Shown piece by piece: positions 8,803-18,743 of a stretch of DNA of 64,000 nt. Source of the stretch: Candidatus Binatia bacterium (GTDB lineage Bacteria; Desulfobacterota; Binatia; UBA9968); assembly GCA_036506735.1 (NCBI GenBank), contig DASXRG010000037.1, forward strand, positions 1,450 to 65,449, written 5' to 3'. The notes beneath the pieces were generated by a model. The model was given only the letters and a program-made list of their open reading frames with translations. It was not told the origin of the DNA and searched no databases. Positions within the stretch are counted from its first letter, which is position 1, and each line of letters starts with the position of its first letter. The translations under genes were made by a program, and so were the position numbers.

Positions 8803-10158
8803 ATGAAAGGCAATGGTAAGAACGGCAACCATGCCGATGCGATATCGTCGACCGCTCAAAGCTGGAAAACCGACCGGCGCTGGAAAGGAGTCGTTCGGCC
8901 GTACAAAGCGGAGGACGTTTTCAGGATACGAGGCTCGGTGCCGTTGCAGCACGGGCTCAAGAGGATCGCCGGGCTCGGCGCCGAACGGCTGTGGAATTTG
9001 CTGCAGGGCGGCGGCTACGTTCCTGCGCTCAGCGCGATGGACGGAATCCAGGCGGTGCAGCAGGTCAAAGCCGGCCTCAACGCCATTTACTGCAGCGGCT
9101 GGCAGACCGCCGCCGGCGCCAACAGCGCGCGAAAGATGTACCCCGATCTCAGCCTCTATCCGGCCGACAGCGTCCCGACGCTCGTGCGCGAGATCAACAA
9201 CGCGCTGCTTAGACAGGACGAGATCGACCGGTCGGAAGGGAAGAACGGAACACACTGGTTCGCTCCGATCGTCGCCGACGCCGAGGCGGGCTTTGGCGGA
9301 AATTTAAATGCCTTTGAATTGATGCGGGCCATGATCGATGCCGGGGCCGCGGCGGTCCACTACGAAGACCAGAACTCCTCGGTCAAGAAGTGCGGCCACA
9401 TGGGCGGCAAAGTCGTCGTTCCCACCTCCGAATTCATCCAGAAGCTCGTGGCGGCAAGGCTCGCCGCCGACGCGGAAGACGTGCCGACCTTGGTGGTCGC
9501 GCGAACCGACGCGAACGGCGCGACCCTGCTTACGAGCGACGTCGACGAAAGAGACCGCCGCTTCATTACCGGAGAGCGAACGTCCGAAGGCTTTTTTGTC
9601 GTTCGCGCCGGACTCGACGCAGCGATCGCTCGCGGCCTCGCTTACGCCCCTTATGCCGACATGCTCTGGTGCGAGACCTCCGAGCCCGATCTCAAGGAGG
9701 CCAAAACTTTCGCCGAGGCGATCCGCAAACAATTTCCGGATAAGCTGCTCGCCTACAACTGCTCGCCGTCGTTCAACTGGAAGCGAAAGCTCGACGATCC
9801 CACGATCGCCAAATTTCAAAGCGAGCTCGGCGCGATGGGCTACAAGTTCCAGTTCGTGACCTTGGCCGGATTTCACTCGATGGCCGAGGCGATCTTCCGG
9901 CTCTCGATGGACTATCTCAAGCGTGGGATGGCGGCGTACGCCGACCTGCAGCAGCGGGAATTCGAGCTGGAGAAGTTCGGCTATGACGCCGTCAAGCACC
10001 AGCGATCGGTCGGCGCGGGTTATTTCGATGCCATCGCGCAAATAGCGGCCGGCGGCGCATCGTCCACGCTCGCGCTCACCGGCTCGACGGAGGATGCGCA
10101 GTTCATTCCCGCCGGCCGTGGAGCCGGACACGCCTCCGCGGCGGTGCGAAAGAAATAG
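8803..10158 (+). CDS. aceA: isocitrate lyase
   Basis: ORF 8671..10158 trimmed to the ATG at 8803 (GGAGGG at 8791-8796). Catalytic signature KKCGHMGGK. 451 aa. Confidence 0.93.
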   Translation: MKGNGKNGNHADAISSTAQSWKTDRRWKGVVRPYKAEDVFRIRGSVPLQHGLKRIAGLGAERLWNLLQGGGYVPALSAMDGIQAVQQVKAGLNAIYCSGWQTAAGANSARKMYPDLSLYPADSVPTLVREINNALLRQDEIDRSEGKNGTHWFAPIVADAEAGFGGNLNAFELMRAMIDAGAAAVHYEDQNSSVKKCGHMGGKVVVPTSEFIQKLVAARLAADAEDVPTLVVARTDANGATLLTSDVDERDRRFITGERTSEGFFVVRAGLDAAIARGLAYAPYADMLWCETSEPDLKEAKTFAEAIRKQFPDKLLAYNCSPSFNWKRKLDDPTIAKFQSELGAMGYKFQFVTLAGFHSMAEAIFRLSMDYLKRGMAAYADLQQREFELEKFGYDAVKHQRSVGAGYFDAIAQIAAGGASSTLALTGSTEDAQFIPAGRGAGHASAAVRKK

Positions 10159-10178
10159 CGTCTGCGGGGTGCGCGGCC

Positions 10179-11000
10179 TTAGGCGTCGATCGTTTGCCCG
10201 CCGTCGATCACCAGCGCGTGGCCGGTGACGAAAGACGATTCGTCCGAGGCGAGGAAAAGAACGCCGTAGGCGATCTCCTCCGGGCGGCCGATGCGCAAGA
10301 GCGCTTTGTTCAAGTTCGCCATTCGGGCGCGCTGCTCGTCGGTGAATTCCCCGGAGGCTTTGGGCGGGAAACCTCTGAAGCGCGCCGTTTCCACGCTACC
10401 GGGACAGACGCAGTTCACTCTGATTCCGCTCGGTCCGTAATCGAGCGCCATCTGGCGCGTCAGGTTGACGATCGCGGCTTTGGTCGCGCAGTACGCCGGA
10501 TACTTTTCGCTCGCCAGGAGTCCAAAGGTCGAAGCGGTGTTGACGATGTTTCCGCGGCCCATTTTTAGGAAGTGGGGAATGGCCGCGCGGACACCGCGGA
10601 AGATGCTGTTCAAATTCAAGTTCAGGATGAAGTTCCATTCGTCATCGGTATGCTCGTGAATCATTTTGCGAATGCCGCCGCCGGCGTTGTTGAATAAAAT
10701 GTGCAAATCGCCGAAGCGTTCCAGCGCTGTGGCGATCATCCGGTCGCAATCGGTCTGAACCGTGACATCGATTTTGGCGAAAACCGCTTTGCTGCCGTCT
10801 TCCTCAATGAGCTTGTCGATTCGCGGGCTGACGGTCTCCTGAATGTCGCAGCAGACAACCTTGGCGCCCTCGCGCGCGAAAAGTCGCGCCGTGGCGCGGC
10901 CGATGCCGCTGTTGGCACCCGTAACGATAGCGACTTTGCCCTGAAGTCTGCCCAACCCCTGCCCGAGTCCGGGATGCTCGTCGGTATCGGCTTGCGCCAT
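10179..11000 (-). CDS. SDR-family oxidoreductase
   Basis: Cofactor motif TGANSGIGRA and catalytic YCATK (Y-x3-K). Lies 12 nt downstream of the SBP gene 11013..12011. Confidence 0.9.
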   Translation of the reverse strand: MAQADTDEHPGLGQGLGRLQGKVAIVTGANSGIGRATARLFAREGAKVVCCDIQETVSPRIDKLIEEDGSKAVFAKIDVTVQTDCDRMIATALERFGDLHILFNNAGGGIRKMIHEHTDDEWNFILNLNLNSIFRGVRAAIPHFLKMGRGNIVNTASTFGLLASEKYPAYCATKAAIVNLTRQMALDYGPSGIRVNCVCPGSVETARFRGFPPKASGEFTDEQRARMANLNKALLRIGRPEEIAYGVLFLASDESSFVTGHALVIDGGQTIDA

Positions 11001-11012
11001 TTTAGACCTCTG

Positions 11013-12011
11013 TTATCTGCCGTATAGCTGCTTGATGAACCCGGAGCTCTCCAGCTCTTGAACAAAGCTCAGGTCGACGAAAGATTTCGGATCGGCTGTC
11101 GTCGCCTTCGGATTCGTGCGCGCCAGATCGTCGAGATAAGTTTTCACGCCTTCCGCGTCCGGATACGGCGCCTCACGAAAGATCGGCGCATAGCTCTTGT
11201 ATGCTCTCTCGAGGCTTTCCGGGTCCGTCACTCTTAGATTTTTGGTGATGACCGTCTTCGTGCCTTCCTTGTCGGTTTTGATGTAGTGAATCGCTTCGAC
11301 GATCGCGCGGGTGAATCTAAGCGCCAGCGGCCGCTTGGCTTTGATGAACGATTCGGTCGTGAGAATGCCGTTGGTGTGAAACGGAATTTTGAGCGGGCCG
11401 ACGTCGACGAGAACTTTGAAGCCCGCCTTCTCGGCTTCCCGGGTAAAAGGCTCGCCCATCATGGAGAATTGAATGACGCCGCGTGAGAGTGCCGCGAGCC
11501 GCTCCGGGTTTCCTCCCACCGCGATGATCTTGACGTCTTTATCGGGATCGATGCCGATGCGTCTCAAGCCGTGGCGCAGCGACATGTCGGACGAAGTGTT
11601 CTGGCGGTTGACGCCGCCGGTTTTGCCCTTGAGCTGTTCCGGCTTCGTGATGGAAGGCAAGGTGACGATCTGGTCCATGAAGTAGGGGACCACCGTGGCG
11701 ATCATCGTCGTATCCGCGCCGCCGAGGCGAGAGGCGACTAGAGACGGCACAGAAATGACGGCCAGCTCGATTTCTTTGGCGAGCAGGGCCTGAAGCGCCG
11801 TCACGCCGCTGTTGACGGCGATGACCTCGGCCTCGATTCCTTGCTTTTTAAAAAACCCCCTGTCACGAGCGGTCCACACCGGCGCGGGTGCCAGGGTTGA
11901 TCCCGCCCACGCGACCCGCGCGCGCTCCTGGGCGATGGCCGCGGCGTGATAGCCGAACAGGAAAATCGTGGAAAAGATCGCCGCAAGAAGTGCACGCTTA
12001 GTTTGAGACAT
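11013..12011 (-). CDS. periplasmic solute-binding protein, NMT1/THI5-like
   Basis: 332 aa with a signal peptide ending AIAQ. Close paralogue of 12112..13110 and 13531..14514, sharing the C-terminal SGFIKQLY. Confidence 0.8.
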   Translation of the reverse strand: MSQTKRALLAAIFSTIFLFGYHAAAIAQERARVAWAGSTLAPAPVWTARDRGFFKKQGIEAEVIAVNSGVTALQALLAKEIELAVISVPSLVASRLGGADTTMIATVVPYFMDQIVTLPSITKPEQLKGKTGGVNRQNTSSDMSLRHGLRRIGIDPDKDVKIIAVGGNPERLAALSRGVIQFSMMGEPFTREAEKAGFKVLVDVGPLKIPFHTNGILTTESFIKAKRPLALRFTRAIVEAIHYIKTDKEGTKTVITKNLRVTDPESLERAYKSYAPIFREAPYPDAEGVKTYLDDLARTNPKATTADPKSFVDLSFVQELESSGFIKQLYGR

Positions 12012-12111
12012 GGTTCAGCTTATATTCCTTCCCGTCTCGAAATTGCTTTCACTTCTTCGCGGCCGCCTCCTTTGGCGCGGCTGTCAATCAGATAGGTCGC
12101 GAGATGCCGTC

Positions 12112-13110
12112 TTACCTTTTATATAGCTGCTTGATGAATCCGGACGCTTCCACCTCTTTGACCAGACTCTGATCGACAAATGCTTTTGCATCCGCCGTCG
12201 CCGCCTTGGGGTTCGAGCGCGCAACATCGTCGAGCATGGTCTTCACGCCTTCGGGCGTGGGAAGCAGATTATCCGGGAAGACCGCAGTATAGGCGCGATA
12301 CGCGCGCTCCAAGCTGTCGGGATCGGTGATGCGGAGATTCTTGCTGAAGATCGCTTTGGTCGGCTCTTTCTCCGTCTTGATGAAATGAACCGATTCGACC
12401 ATCGCGCGCGCGAACTTGGAAAAGATCGGGCGCTTCGTTTTGAGAATTGATTCTTGCGTGAGGACTGCGTTCCACCAGAATGGAATCTTCAACGAGCCGA
12501 TATCCAGCAGGTCTCTGAAGCCCAGCTTCTCGGCTTCACGCACGAACGGCTCCGGCATGATGGCGAATTGAATAACTCCTTTCGAGAGCGCCGCGAATCT
12601 TTCCGAGTTGCCGCCCGCGGTGATAATCCTGGTGTCCTTCTCAGGATCCACTCCAACCCTTCTGAGCGCCAGGCGCAGTCCGAGGTCCGACGTGCTGCCG
12701 AGCCGGTTGACGCCGCCCATCTTTCCCTTGAGTTGCTCCAACGCGGTGATGGATTTCAAGGTGATGATGTGATCCACGAACGTCGGGACCATGCCGAGAA
12801 TCATCACGATGTCGGCGCCGGCCAAACGTGAGCTGACCAGGGTCGTTACCGACGTGACGATCACGTCCACTTCGCCGGCGAGCATCGCCTGCAGCGCGGT
12901 GGGGCTGGCGCTGATGCGAATAACTTCGCCGATCAGGCCGTGTTTTTTGAGCAAGCCTCTCTCCTGAACCACCCAGATCGGGCTGTTGGCCGGGCTGTCT
13001 CCGGCCCAGGCGATGCGGATGCGATCTTGGGCCGAAGCTGCATTTAGCGGGCCGAGTAGAAGTAAAACCCCGAAAATAAGCGTTAGAAAGATACCCGTGA
13101 CTCTTTGCAT
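12112..13110 (-). CDS. periplasmic solute-binding protein, NMT1/THI5-like
   Basis: 332 aa with a signal peptide ending ASAQ. Tandem paralogue. Confidence 0.8.
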   Translation of the reverse strand: MQRVTGIFLTLIFGVLLLLGPLNAASAQDRIRIAWAGDSPANSPIWVVQERGLLKKHGLIGEVIRISASPTALQAMLAGEVDVIVTSVTTLVSSRLAGADIVMILGMVPTFVDHIITLKSITALEQLKGKMGGVNRLGSTSDLGLRLALRRVGVDPEKDTRIITAGGNSERFAALSKGVIQFAIMPEPFVREAEKLGFRDLLDIGSLKIPFWWNAVLTQESILKTKRPIFSKFARAMVESVHFIKTEKEPTKAIFSKNLRITDPDSLERAYRAYTAVFPDNLLPTPEGVKTMLDDVARSNPKAATADAKAFVDQSLVKEVEASGFIKQLYKR

Positions 13111-13137
13111 GATTTTAACCTCGCTCCATTCCGGGTG

Positions 13138-13167
13138 AATCTAACCCTCCAACGAAACGCATGTCAA
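13138..13167 (-). promoter_or_regulatory. sigma-70-like promoter (TTGACA-18 nt-TAGATT) for SBP gene 12112..13110
   Basis: On the reverse strand, TTGACA is at 13167-13162 and TAGATT at 13143-13138. A GGAGCGAGG RBS follows. Confidence 0.4.
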
Positions 13168-13284
13168 CAAAGAGCTTGCTAGATTGTAACGGGCGGCACC
13201 TCGGGGGTTGTGCTCGGAGTCAATCTCCGTTATACGACGATTGGTTGGCGGTGGCCTGAAAAAACACTTGGGAGGTGACACGAT

Positions 13285-13503
13285 ATGAACCCGATCAAAA
13301 TCCTGGCAATCGTTCTGATCGTGGCGGGCGTCCTCGGGCTGGCGTACGGCAGCTTTAGTTACACAAAGGAAACGCACGAGGCGAAACTCGGACCGCTCGA
13401 GCTGCAGGTCAAAGAGAAGGAAACGGTCAATATCCCGCAGTGGGCAGGTATCGGCGCGATCGCGGTCGGCGTGCTGCTCCTGGTTGTCCCGATTAAGAAG
13501 TAG
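13285..13503 (+). CDS. small two-helix membrane protein
   Basis: 72 aa with GGGAGG upstream. Hydrophobic helices sit at both ends around a polar KETHEAKLGPLELQVKEKETVNIP core. Confidence 0.6.
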   Translation: MNPIKILAIVLIVAGVLGLAYGSFSYTKETHEAKLGPLELQVKEKETVNIPQWAGIGAIAVGVLLLVVPIKK

Positions 13504-13507
13504 AGCG

Positions 13508-13534
13508 GTAGGCGAGCTGGAACCTCGCGCCTAC
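13508..13534. terminator. imperfect hairpin between convergent genes
   Basis: GTAGGCGAG pairs with CTCGCGCCTAC (one bulge). The hairpin overlaps the stop codon of the SBP gene. No clear T-tract. Confidence 0.25.
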
Positions 13535-14514
13535 TTCTTATAGAGCTGCTTGATAAAGCCCGAGGTATCCAGCTCTCTCACAAAGCTCGGATCGACGAAG
13601 GCCTTCGGATCAGCCGACGCGGCTTTCGGGTTGGTGTGTGCGAGGTCGTCAAGCATCGTCTTCACCCCTTCCGGCGTGGGATACGGAACTTCCGGAAAGG
13701 CGTTGGAATAATCCCGGTAGGCTCTCTCCAGCCCGTCAGGATCTGCAATGCCCAAATTCTTTTTGAAGATCGCCTTGGCGTATTCCCTTTCGGTTTTTAT
13801 GATATGAATCGCTTCGACCATCGCGCGCACCAGCTTTTGTAACAGAGGCCGCTTGGCTTTGACGATCGCCTCGCGCGACAAAATGCCGTTCCACCAAAAG
13901 GGGATTTTGAGCTCGCTGATCTTATAGAGATTGCGAAAGCCGAGCTTTTCCGCCTGGGTCAGGAATGGCTCCGGTATGATTGTGAACTGAGTGATGCCCT
14001 TTGAAAGCGAGGCAAACCTCTCCGCGGTTCCTCCGACCGGAATTATCTTCACGTCCTTCTCCGGATCGACGCCCAATTTTCTCAGCGCCAGCCTGAGCCC
14101 GAGATCCGACGTGCTGCCCAGGCGATTGACGCCGGCGGTTCTCCCTTTGAGCTGTTCCACCGCGGCGATGTTCGACAACGAGACGATGTAGTCGACAAAA
14201 GTCGGCACGACGCCCATGATCATCACCGAATCGGCGCCGGCAAGGCGCGAGCTCACCAGAGTCGTGACCGAAATGCTCGCGGCTTCGATCTCATTGGCGA
14301 GCAACGCTTGAAGCACCGTCGGGCTCGCGTTGATCGCGATGATTTCCGGCCGAACGCCCATCTTCTGCAATATTTTGCGATCTTCGATGACCCAAACCGG
14401 GCTGTTGGTCGGGCTGAATCCCGCCCAGGCGAGGCGGAGCCGTTCTTGCGCGGCGGCGGAAGCGGTGACAACGAGAAGAGCCAGCAGGGCTGGGATCGTA
14501 ATCGGAACACGCAT
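13531..14514 (-). CDS. periplasmic solute-binding protein, NMT1/THI5-like
   Basis: ORF 13531..14529. The second ATG (14514) is preferred because GGAGGG lies 7 nt upstream of it. Signal peptide ends AAAQ. Confidence 0.8.
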   Translation of the reverse strand: MRVPITIPALLALLVVTASAAAQERLRLAWAGFSPTNSPVWVIEDRKILQKMGVRPEIIAINASPTVLQALLANEIEAASISVTTLVSSRLAGADSVMIMGVVPTFVDYIVSLSNIAAVEQLKGRTAGVNRLGSTSDLGLRLALRKLGVDPEKDVKIIPVGGTAERFASLSKGITQFTIIPEPFLTQAEKLGFRNLYKISELKIPFWWNGILSREAIVKAKRPLLQKLVRAMVEAIHIIKTEREYAKAIFKKNLGIADPDGLERAYRDYSNAFPEVPYPTPEGVKTMLDDLAHTNPKAASADPKAFVDPSFVRELDTSGFIKQLYKK

Positions 14515-14646
14515 GGCAGGACCCTCCATGTTACGGCGAGATTAACACCACCCTTTCCTGCGGGTCAATCTTCTCCGCTCGCGTGCGCGCTGTCAAGAAA
14601 TCAGCGGCGGAATTTTAGCGCGACGGCTGGGCCGGGAATTGTGTCG

Positions 14647-15411
14647 CTAGGGCTCCTCGTAAAGGGAAGAACCCGCCGGGGCCACCGCTTGGTCGAGAAG
14701 CGGCGCGAGGGCGACGTCTACCGCGCGCTGATTGCGCGCTTCATTGGCGAAAAGCTCGTGGCGTGGGACCGGCGTGAAATTTCTGCCGGAGAGCTTGCTG
14801 AGAACCTGAATCCCGCCCGCATTGAGGTACATGTCGACGTCGTTCGCGTCCGAGAGGGCCACGAACAAAGACAGCGCTCCCACGGTGCCCTGATAAGGCC
14901 CGTTGAAAAAAGAGCTCCAGGCGCCGCCGGTCATAAGCGGTTCGGTCGTTCCGTGCCATGCCGCCCGGTTGTTGCCGAAATTGACTTTGACCACGTTGAT
15001 CACCGCGTCGAATACGGCGTCCGCTTTGGTTTTTGCCGTTACCTCGCGCACGGCATGCTCCCGGGCGGTTTTGACTTTCTTGTCGTCGCGCTTTCCGGTG
15101 AGCGGATCGAAGAAGCCGCCTAAACTCTCCGTTATCTGCTTCCACACCGCTGCGTACTCCGACGACGGCACCACCTTGTAACCCGCCGCCGTCAGCTTGG
15201 CGGTGATGAGCGACTCGAATTTTGCCTTCACCGGCTCCGCATCGTCGATATCGCCGGGAAGATTGACCGGCGCCAGCGCGATGACTTTGACTTTGGCTTT
15301 GATATCGGCCTGCGGAACCTTGAAAGGATTGACGGCGGGAGCTCGAGGAGCGCAGCTTGCAAGCGTCAGCGCAACGAGCGGATACAGCCAAAGCGACGAT
15401 CGGAATCTCAA
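14647..15411 (-). CDS. putative lipoprotein, unknown function
   Basis: Lipobox LTLASC after a basic N-terminus. Co-directional with the upstream M48 protease gene. Confidence 0.6.
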   Translation of the reverse strand: MRFRSSLWLYPLVALTLASCAPRAPAVNPFKVPQADIKAKVKVIALAPVNLPGDIDDAEPVKAKFESLITAKLTAAGYKVVPSSEYAAVWKQITESLGGFFDPLTGKRDDKKVKTAREHAVREVTAKTKADAVFDAVINVVKVNFGNNRAAWHGTTEPLMTGGAWSSFFNGPYQGTVGALSLFVALSDANDVDMYLNAGGIQVLSKLSGRNFTPVPRHELFANEARNQRAVDVALAPLLDQAVAPAGSSLYEEP

Positions 15412-15438
15412 GGCTATCCTTCCCGGGCAAAAGACGAA

Positions 15439-16629
15439 TTAAGGCGCCCGCGATTCTTTGACATAGCCGGCGATGATCGGCGCGTCGATCGCCGTGGGTT
15501 TCAAGGCGAGGTACTTCTCGAACTCCGCCCGCGCCTCCTGTGAGCGCGATTGCGCGCGGTAGAGCAGCCCGAGCTCCCGGTGAGGATCGGCGTATTGGGC
15601 GTCGAGAGAAGCCGCCTGGAGGTAAGCTTTGAGGGCTTCATCCATACGCCTGGTTCGACGACAGAGCTCGCCCATAATAAAGTGCCCGCGCGCGCTATTG
15701 GGGTCGCGAGCGAGATGCTTGTCGATTGCCAGCTGCGCAATTTTCGTTCGGCCGAGCTCCAGATCGAGCATGGCGTTATCGAGCAGAACCTGATGAATTC
15801 TCGATCGATACTCTTCGGTATTTGCGCGCCGATCCGGTCGCTGCGCCGCGCCTTGATACCTTTCATTGAGCAGCCGTCGATAGTTGCCGATACGTTCCTC
15901 TAGAAGAGGATGGGTGCCAAAGAAGAAGGGCTCTTTGACTTTGGTCTCATCCCGTTCCTGATTCAACAGGTTAAAAGCGTTAATCGACTCGTTCGGGTCA
16001 TAGCCGGCTTCGACCATGGCCCTCAATCCGTCCTCGTCGGCTTCGGTTTCGAGATCCTTGGAGTAGCCGCTGACCGACGCCGATGCCCACAGAGCCGGCA
16101 GCGGATCCGCGAGGCTTCCGAAAAGCGTTCCGACCAGTACGACTTGCAGCACCCTGGCCGCCACCACTTTGTTTTGAGCGTTACGCAGTTCCTTCGCCGT
16201 ATGTCGATTGATGAAGTGCGTCAGCTCGTGACCCATTATGGTAGCGAGCTGCGCCTCGTTGTCCATCCGCGCGAGCAGTCCGCTATGAAAATAAATCGAG
16301 CCGTTGGGTAGAGTAAAGGCGTTGAGGAAAGGGTGTTTAATGACCTTTACTCGCGGCGCGACCTGAGCGGCTTGGAGCCTGCCGGCCAGAAGCTTTGCCG
16401 CGACCGCTTCAAGATAGGCTTCAAGCTCGCGATCCTCGTAAAGAAGGCCGCTCTTCTGCAAACGGGTTTGAATCTGGTCGGCGGTCTCCCATAGCTTCTG
16501 CTCGTCTTTTTCCGCCTGGAAGGCTTGGGCTCCGGAGCCGATCGGCGCTAAGTTGACAGGAGTACAGGAAGGCACCGCTGCGAGAGCGGCGAGCAGAGGT
16601 AGAGCTAGGATTGACCTGCGGCTCATCAT
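15439..16629 (-). CDS. M48-family zinc metallopeptidase with C-terminal TPR domain (BepA-like architecture)
   Basis: HELTH zinc motif within IMGHELTHFINRH. ORF trimmed to MMSRRSILALPLLAALAAVPSC (signal/lipobox). The C-terminal repeats are TPR-like. Confidence 0.85.
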   Translation of the reverse strand: MMSRRSILALPLLAALAAVPSCTPVNLAPIGSGAQAFQAEKDEQKLWETADQIQTRLQKSGLLYEDRELEAYLEAVAAKLLAGRLQAAQVAPRVKVIKHPFLNAFTLPNGSIYFHSGLLARMDNEAQLATIMGHELTHFINRHTAKELRNAQNKVVAARVLQVVLVGTLFGSLADPLPALWASASVSGYSKDLETEADEDGLRAMVEAGYDPNESINAFNLLNQERDETKVKEPFFFGTHPLLEERIGNYRRLLNERYQGAAQRPDRRANTEEYRSRIHQVLLDNAMLDLELGRTKIAQLAIDKHLARDPNSARGHFIMGELCRRTRRMDEALKAYLQAASLDAQYADPHRELGLLYRAQSRSQEARAEFEKYLALKPTAIDAPIIAGYVKESRAP

Positions 16630-16778
16630 AGAGATAAGTCGGCCGGCGGCGCCGGCTCTAGCGTGGATGGCCTCCTTGCAGGCGTTGTTTTTATTGTTTT
16701 TCGCAACTAAAGTCAATCACTATCCGACAATGACGGATCGTGCTCGACTATTCTCGCTGGAGATCGGCCGAAAAGTTT

Positions 16779-16787
16779 TGCTATAAT
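16779..16787 (+). promoter_or_regulatory. extended -10 box TGcTATAAT, 7 nt upstream of the uvrC ATG (leaderless candidate)
   Basis: TG at 16779-16780 and consensus TATAAT at 16782-16787, with ATG at 16795. No Shine-Dalgarno sequence. Confidence 0.45.
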
Positions 16788-16794
16788 TTTACCG

Positions 16795-18639
16795 ATGCCC
16801 GACATCGAAGAAAAACTCGACGCCTTGCCGGCGCAGCCCGGCGTGTACCTGATGCGCGATCAGCACGGCAAGGTCATCTACGTCGGCAAGGCCAAGAACG
16901 TGCGCGCGCGCGTGCGGGGTTATTTCCGCGCCGGCGACGGCCGGTCGCAGATCCAATTTCTCATGAACCGCTGCGGCGACATCGAAACCTTGCTGACGAG
17001 CAATGAAAAAGAAGCGCTGATCCTGGAAAATAACCTGATCAAGCAGTACAAGCCGCGCTACAACATCCGTCTCAAGGACGACAAAAGCTATCTCAGCATC
17101 AAGGTCAACGTGCGGCACCCGTGGCCGAGAATCACGGCGACGCGCAAGATCGTCAAGGACGGCAGCCGCTACTTCGGCCCGTACTCGTCGGCGTTCGCCG
17201 CGCGCGAGACGCTCGACATCATCGAAAAGCATTTTCTGCTGCGCAACTGCACCGAGTACAATTTCAAGAACCGCGCCCGTCCCTGCCTGCAGTATCAGAT
17301 CAAGCGCTGTCTTGGCCCGTGCGTGCTGGAGGTCGACCCCAAGGAGTACCAGGAAAATCTGCGCGAGGCGATTCTCTTCATCGAGGGCAAGCGCCAGGAA
17401 TTGATCGACGAGCTGCGGCGCAAGATGGAAGAGAAAGCCGAGGCGCTGGAGTACGAGGCGGCGGCCAAGATTCGCGACCAGATCCAGGCGGTGGAAAAGA
17501 CCGTGGAGAAGCAGCGCATGGTGTCGCATTGGGGTAGCGACCAGGACATCTTCGGCCTCTATCGCGAAGGCGGCTTCATCGAAGTCCAGGTGCTGTTCGT
17601 GCGCCAGGGAAAGCTCACCGGCAATCAAGCCTATTCGCTCGAAGACCTGGAATTTTCCGACGAGGAGATCATCGAGTCTCTGCTCACGCAATTCTATCAG
17701 GGCGAGCGCTTCGTCCCGGATGAGATCGTGCTGCCGGTGGACATCGAGGATCGCGAGGCGCGCGAGGAATATTTGTGCGAGCGCCGGGGCAAGAAGGTGT
17801 CGATCATTTCCCCGCAGCGCGGCGACAGGCGCCAGCTCGTCGAGATGGCGACGCAGAACGCGCGCCAGAGCTACGCCGAGCGGCACGATCAGGAGAAAGA
17901 GCGTGAGAAAATGCTGCTCGAGCTGAAAGAAAAGCTCCGGCTGCGCCACTACCCGCAGCGCATCGAATGCTACGACATCTCGAACATCCACGGCTCGCAC
18001 GCCGTCGGCTCGATGGTCACGTTCATCAACGGCGAGCCGGACAAGAGATTTTACCGCCACTATCGCATCCGTACCGTGAGCGAGGACGCCGGCGGGGACG
18101 ACTTCGCGATGATGTACGAAGTGCTCAAGCGCCGCTTCATTCGCGGCGTCCAGGAAGGCGATTTGCCGGACCTGGTCGTCGTGGACGGCGGCAAAGGCCA
18201 GCTCAGCATGGCTTTGTCCGCGCTGCGCGATCTCAACGTGAAGGACATCGACGTCGCCGGTCTCGCCAAGATGCGCGTGGAGCGGTCGCCGCGGAGCGCG
18301 GAGATCCAGCGCCTGGAGGAGAGAGTGTTTGTCCCGGGCCAGAGCAATCCGATCGTCCTCAGGCGCAACTCGAACGCGCTGTTTCTCCTGCAACGCGTGC
18401 GCGACGAGGCGCACCGGTTCGCGATCACTTACCATAAGAAGGTAAGAGCCAAGCAAACGCTCTACTCGGCGCTGGATAAGATTCCCGGCATCGGCGGCGC
18501 GCGCAAGCGTGCCCTGCTGCGCGCCTTCGGCAGCGTCAAGCGGATCGAAGAGGCGTCGATCGACGAGCTGCTGAAAGTTCCATTGATCAACGAGAAGGTC
18601 GCTCAGGAAATTCTTGACAGCTTGAGATCGGCTTCATAA
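16795..18639 (+). CDS. uvrC: excinuclease ABC subunit C
   Basis: 614 aa. GIY-YIG N-terminus (PGVYLMRDQHGKVIYVGKAKNVRARVRGYF), a UVR domain, an endonuclease V-like domain and a C-terminal (HhH)2. Confidence 0.97.
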   Translation: MPDIEEKLDALPAQPGVYLMRDQHGKVIYVGKAKNVRARVRGYFRAGDGRSQIQFLMNRCGDIETLLTSNEKEALILENNLIKQYKPRYNIRLKDDKSYLSIKVNVRHPWPRITATRKIVKDGSRYFGPYSSAFAARETLDIIEKHFLLRNCTEYNFKNRARPCLQYQIKRCLGPCVLEVDPKEYQENLREAILFIEGKRQELIDELRRKMEEKAEALEYEAAAKIRDQIQAVEKTVEKQRMVSHWGSDQDIFGLYREGGFIEVQVLFVRQGKLTGNQAYSLEDLEFSDEEIIESLLTQFYQGERFVPDEIVLPVDIEDREAREEYLCERRGKKVSIISPQRGDRRQLVEMATQNARQSYAERHDQEKEREKMLLELKEKLRLRHYPQRIECYDISNIHGSHAVGSMVTFINGEPDKRFYRHYRIRTVSEDAGGDDFAMMYEVLKRRFIRGVQEGDLPDLVVVDGGKGQLSMALSALRDLNVKDIDVAGLAKMRVERSPRSAEIQRLEERVFVPGQSNPIVLRRNSNALFLLQRVRDEAHRFAITYHKKVRAKQTLYSALDKIPGIGGARKRALLRAFGSVKRIEEASIDELLKVPLINEKVAQEILDSLRSAS

Positions 18640-18743
18640 GAATACAGAGCCTGGAGCGACTGAACGGCCGAGCCCGCAACGTGACAGTTTGGTCGAGGCT
18701 GATTTCAACCAATGCACATGTGTATGGCTTTGTGCTTTATCCG

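Noticed and set aside
16789-18456. 555-aa ORF antisense to uvrC. Similar long antisense ORFs lie at 3574..4512, 4963..5925, 42539..43669, 53182..55401, 57383..58498 and 60242..61342.
   Set aside because: Each lies opposite a gene with unmistakable family motifs. The composition is typical of antisense frames in high-GC DNA, and none has an RBS or a recognisable domain.
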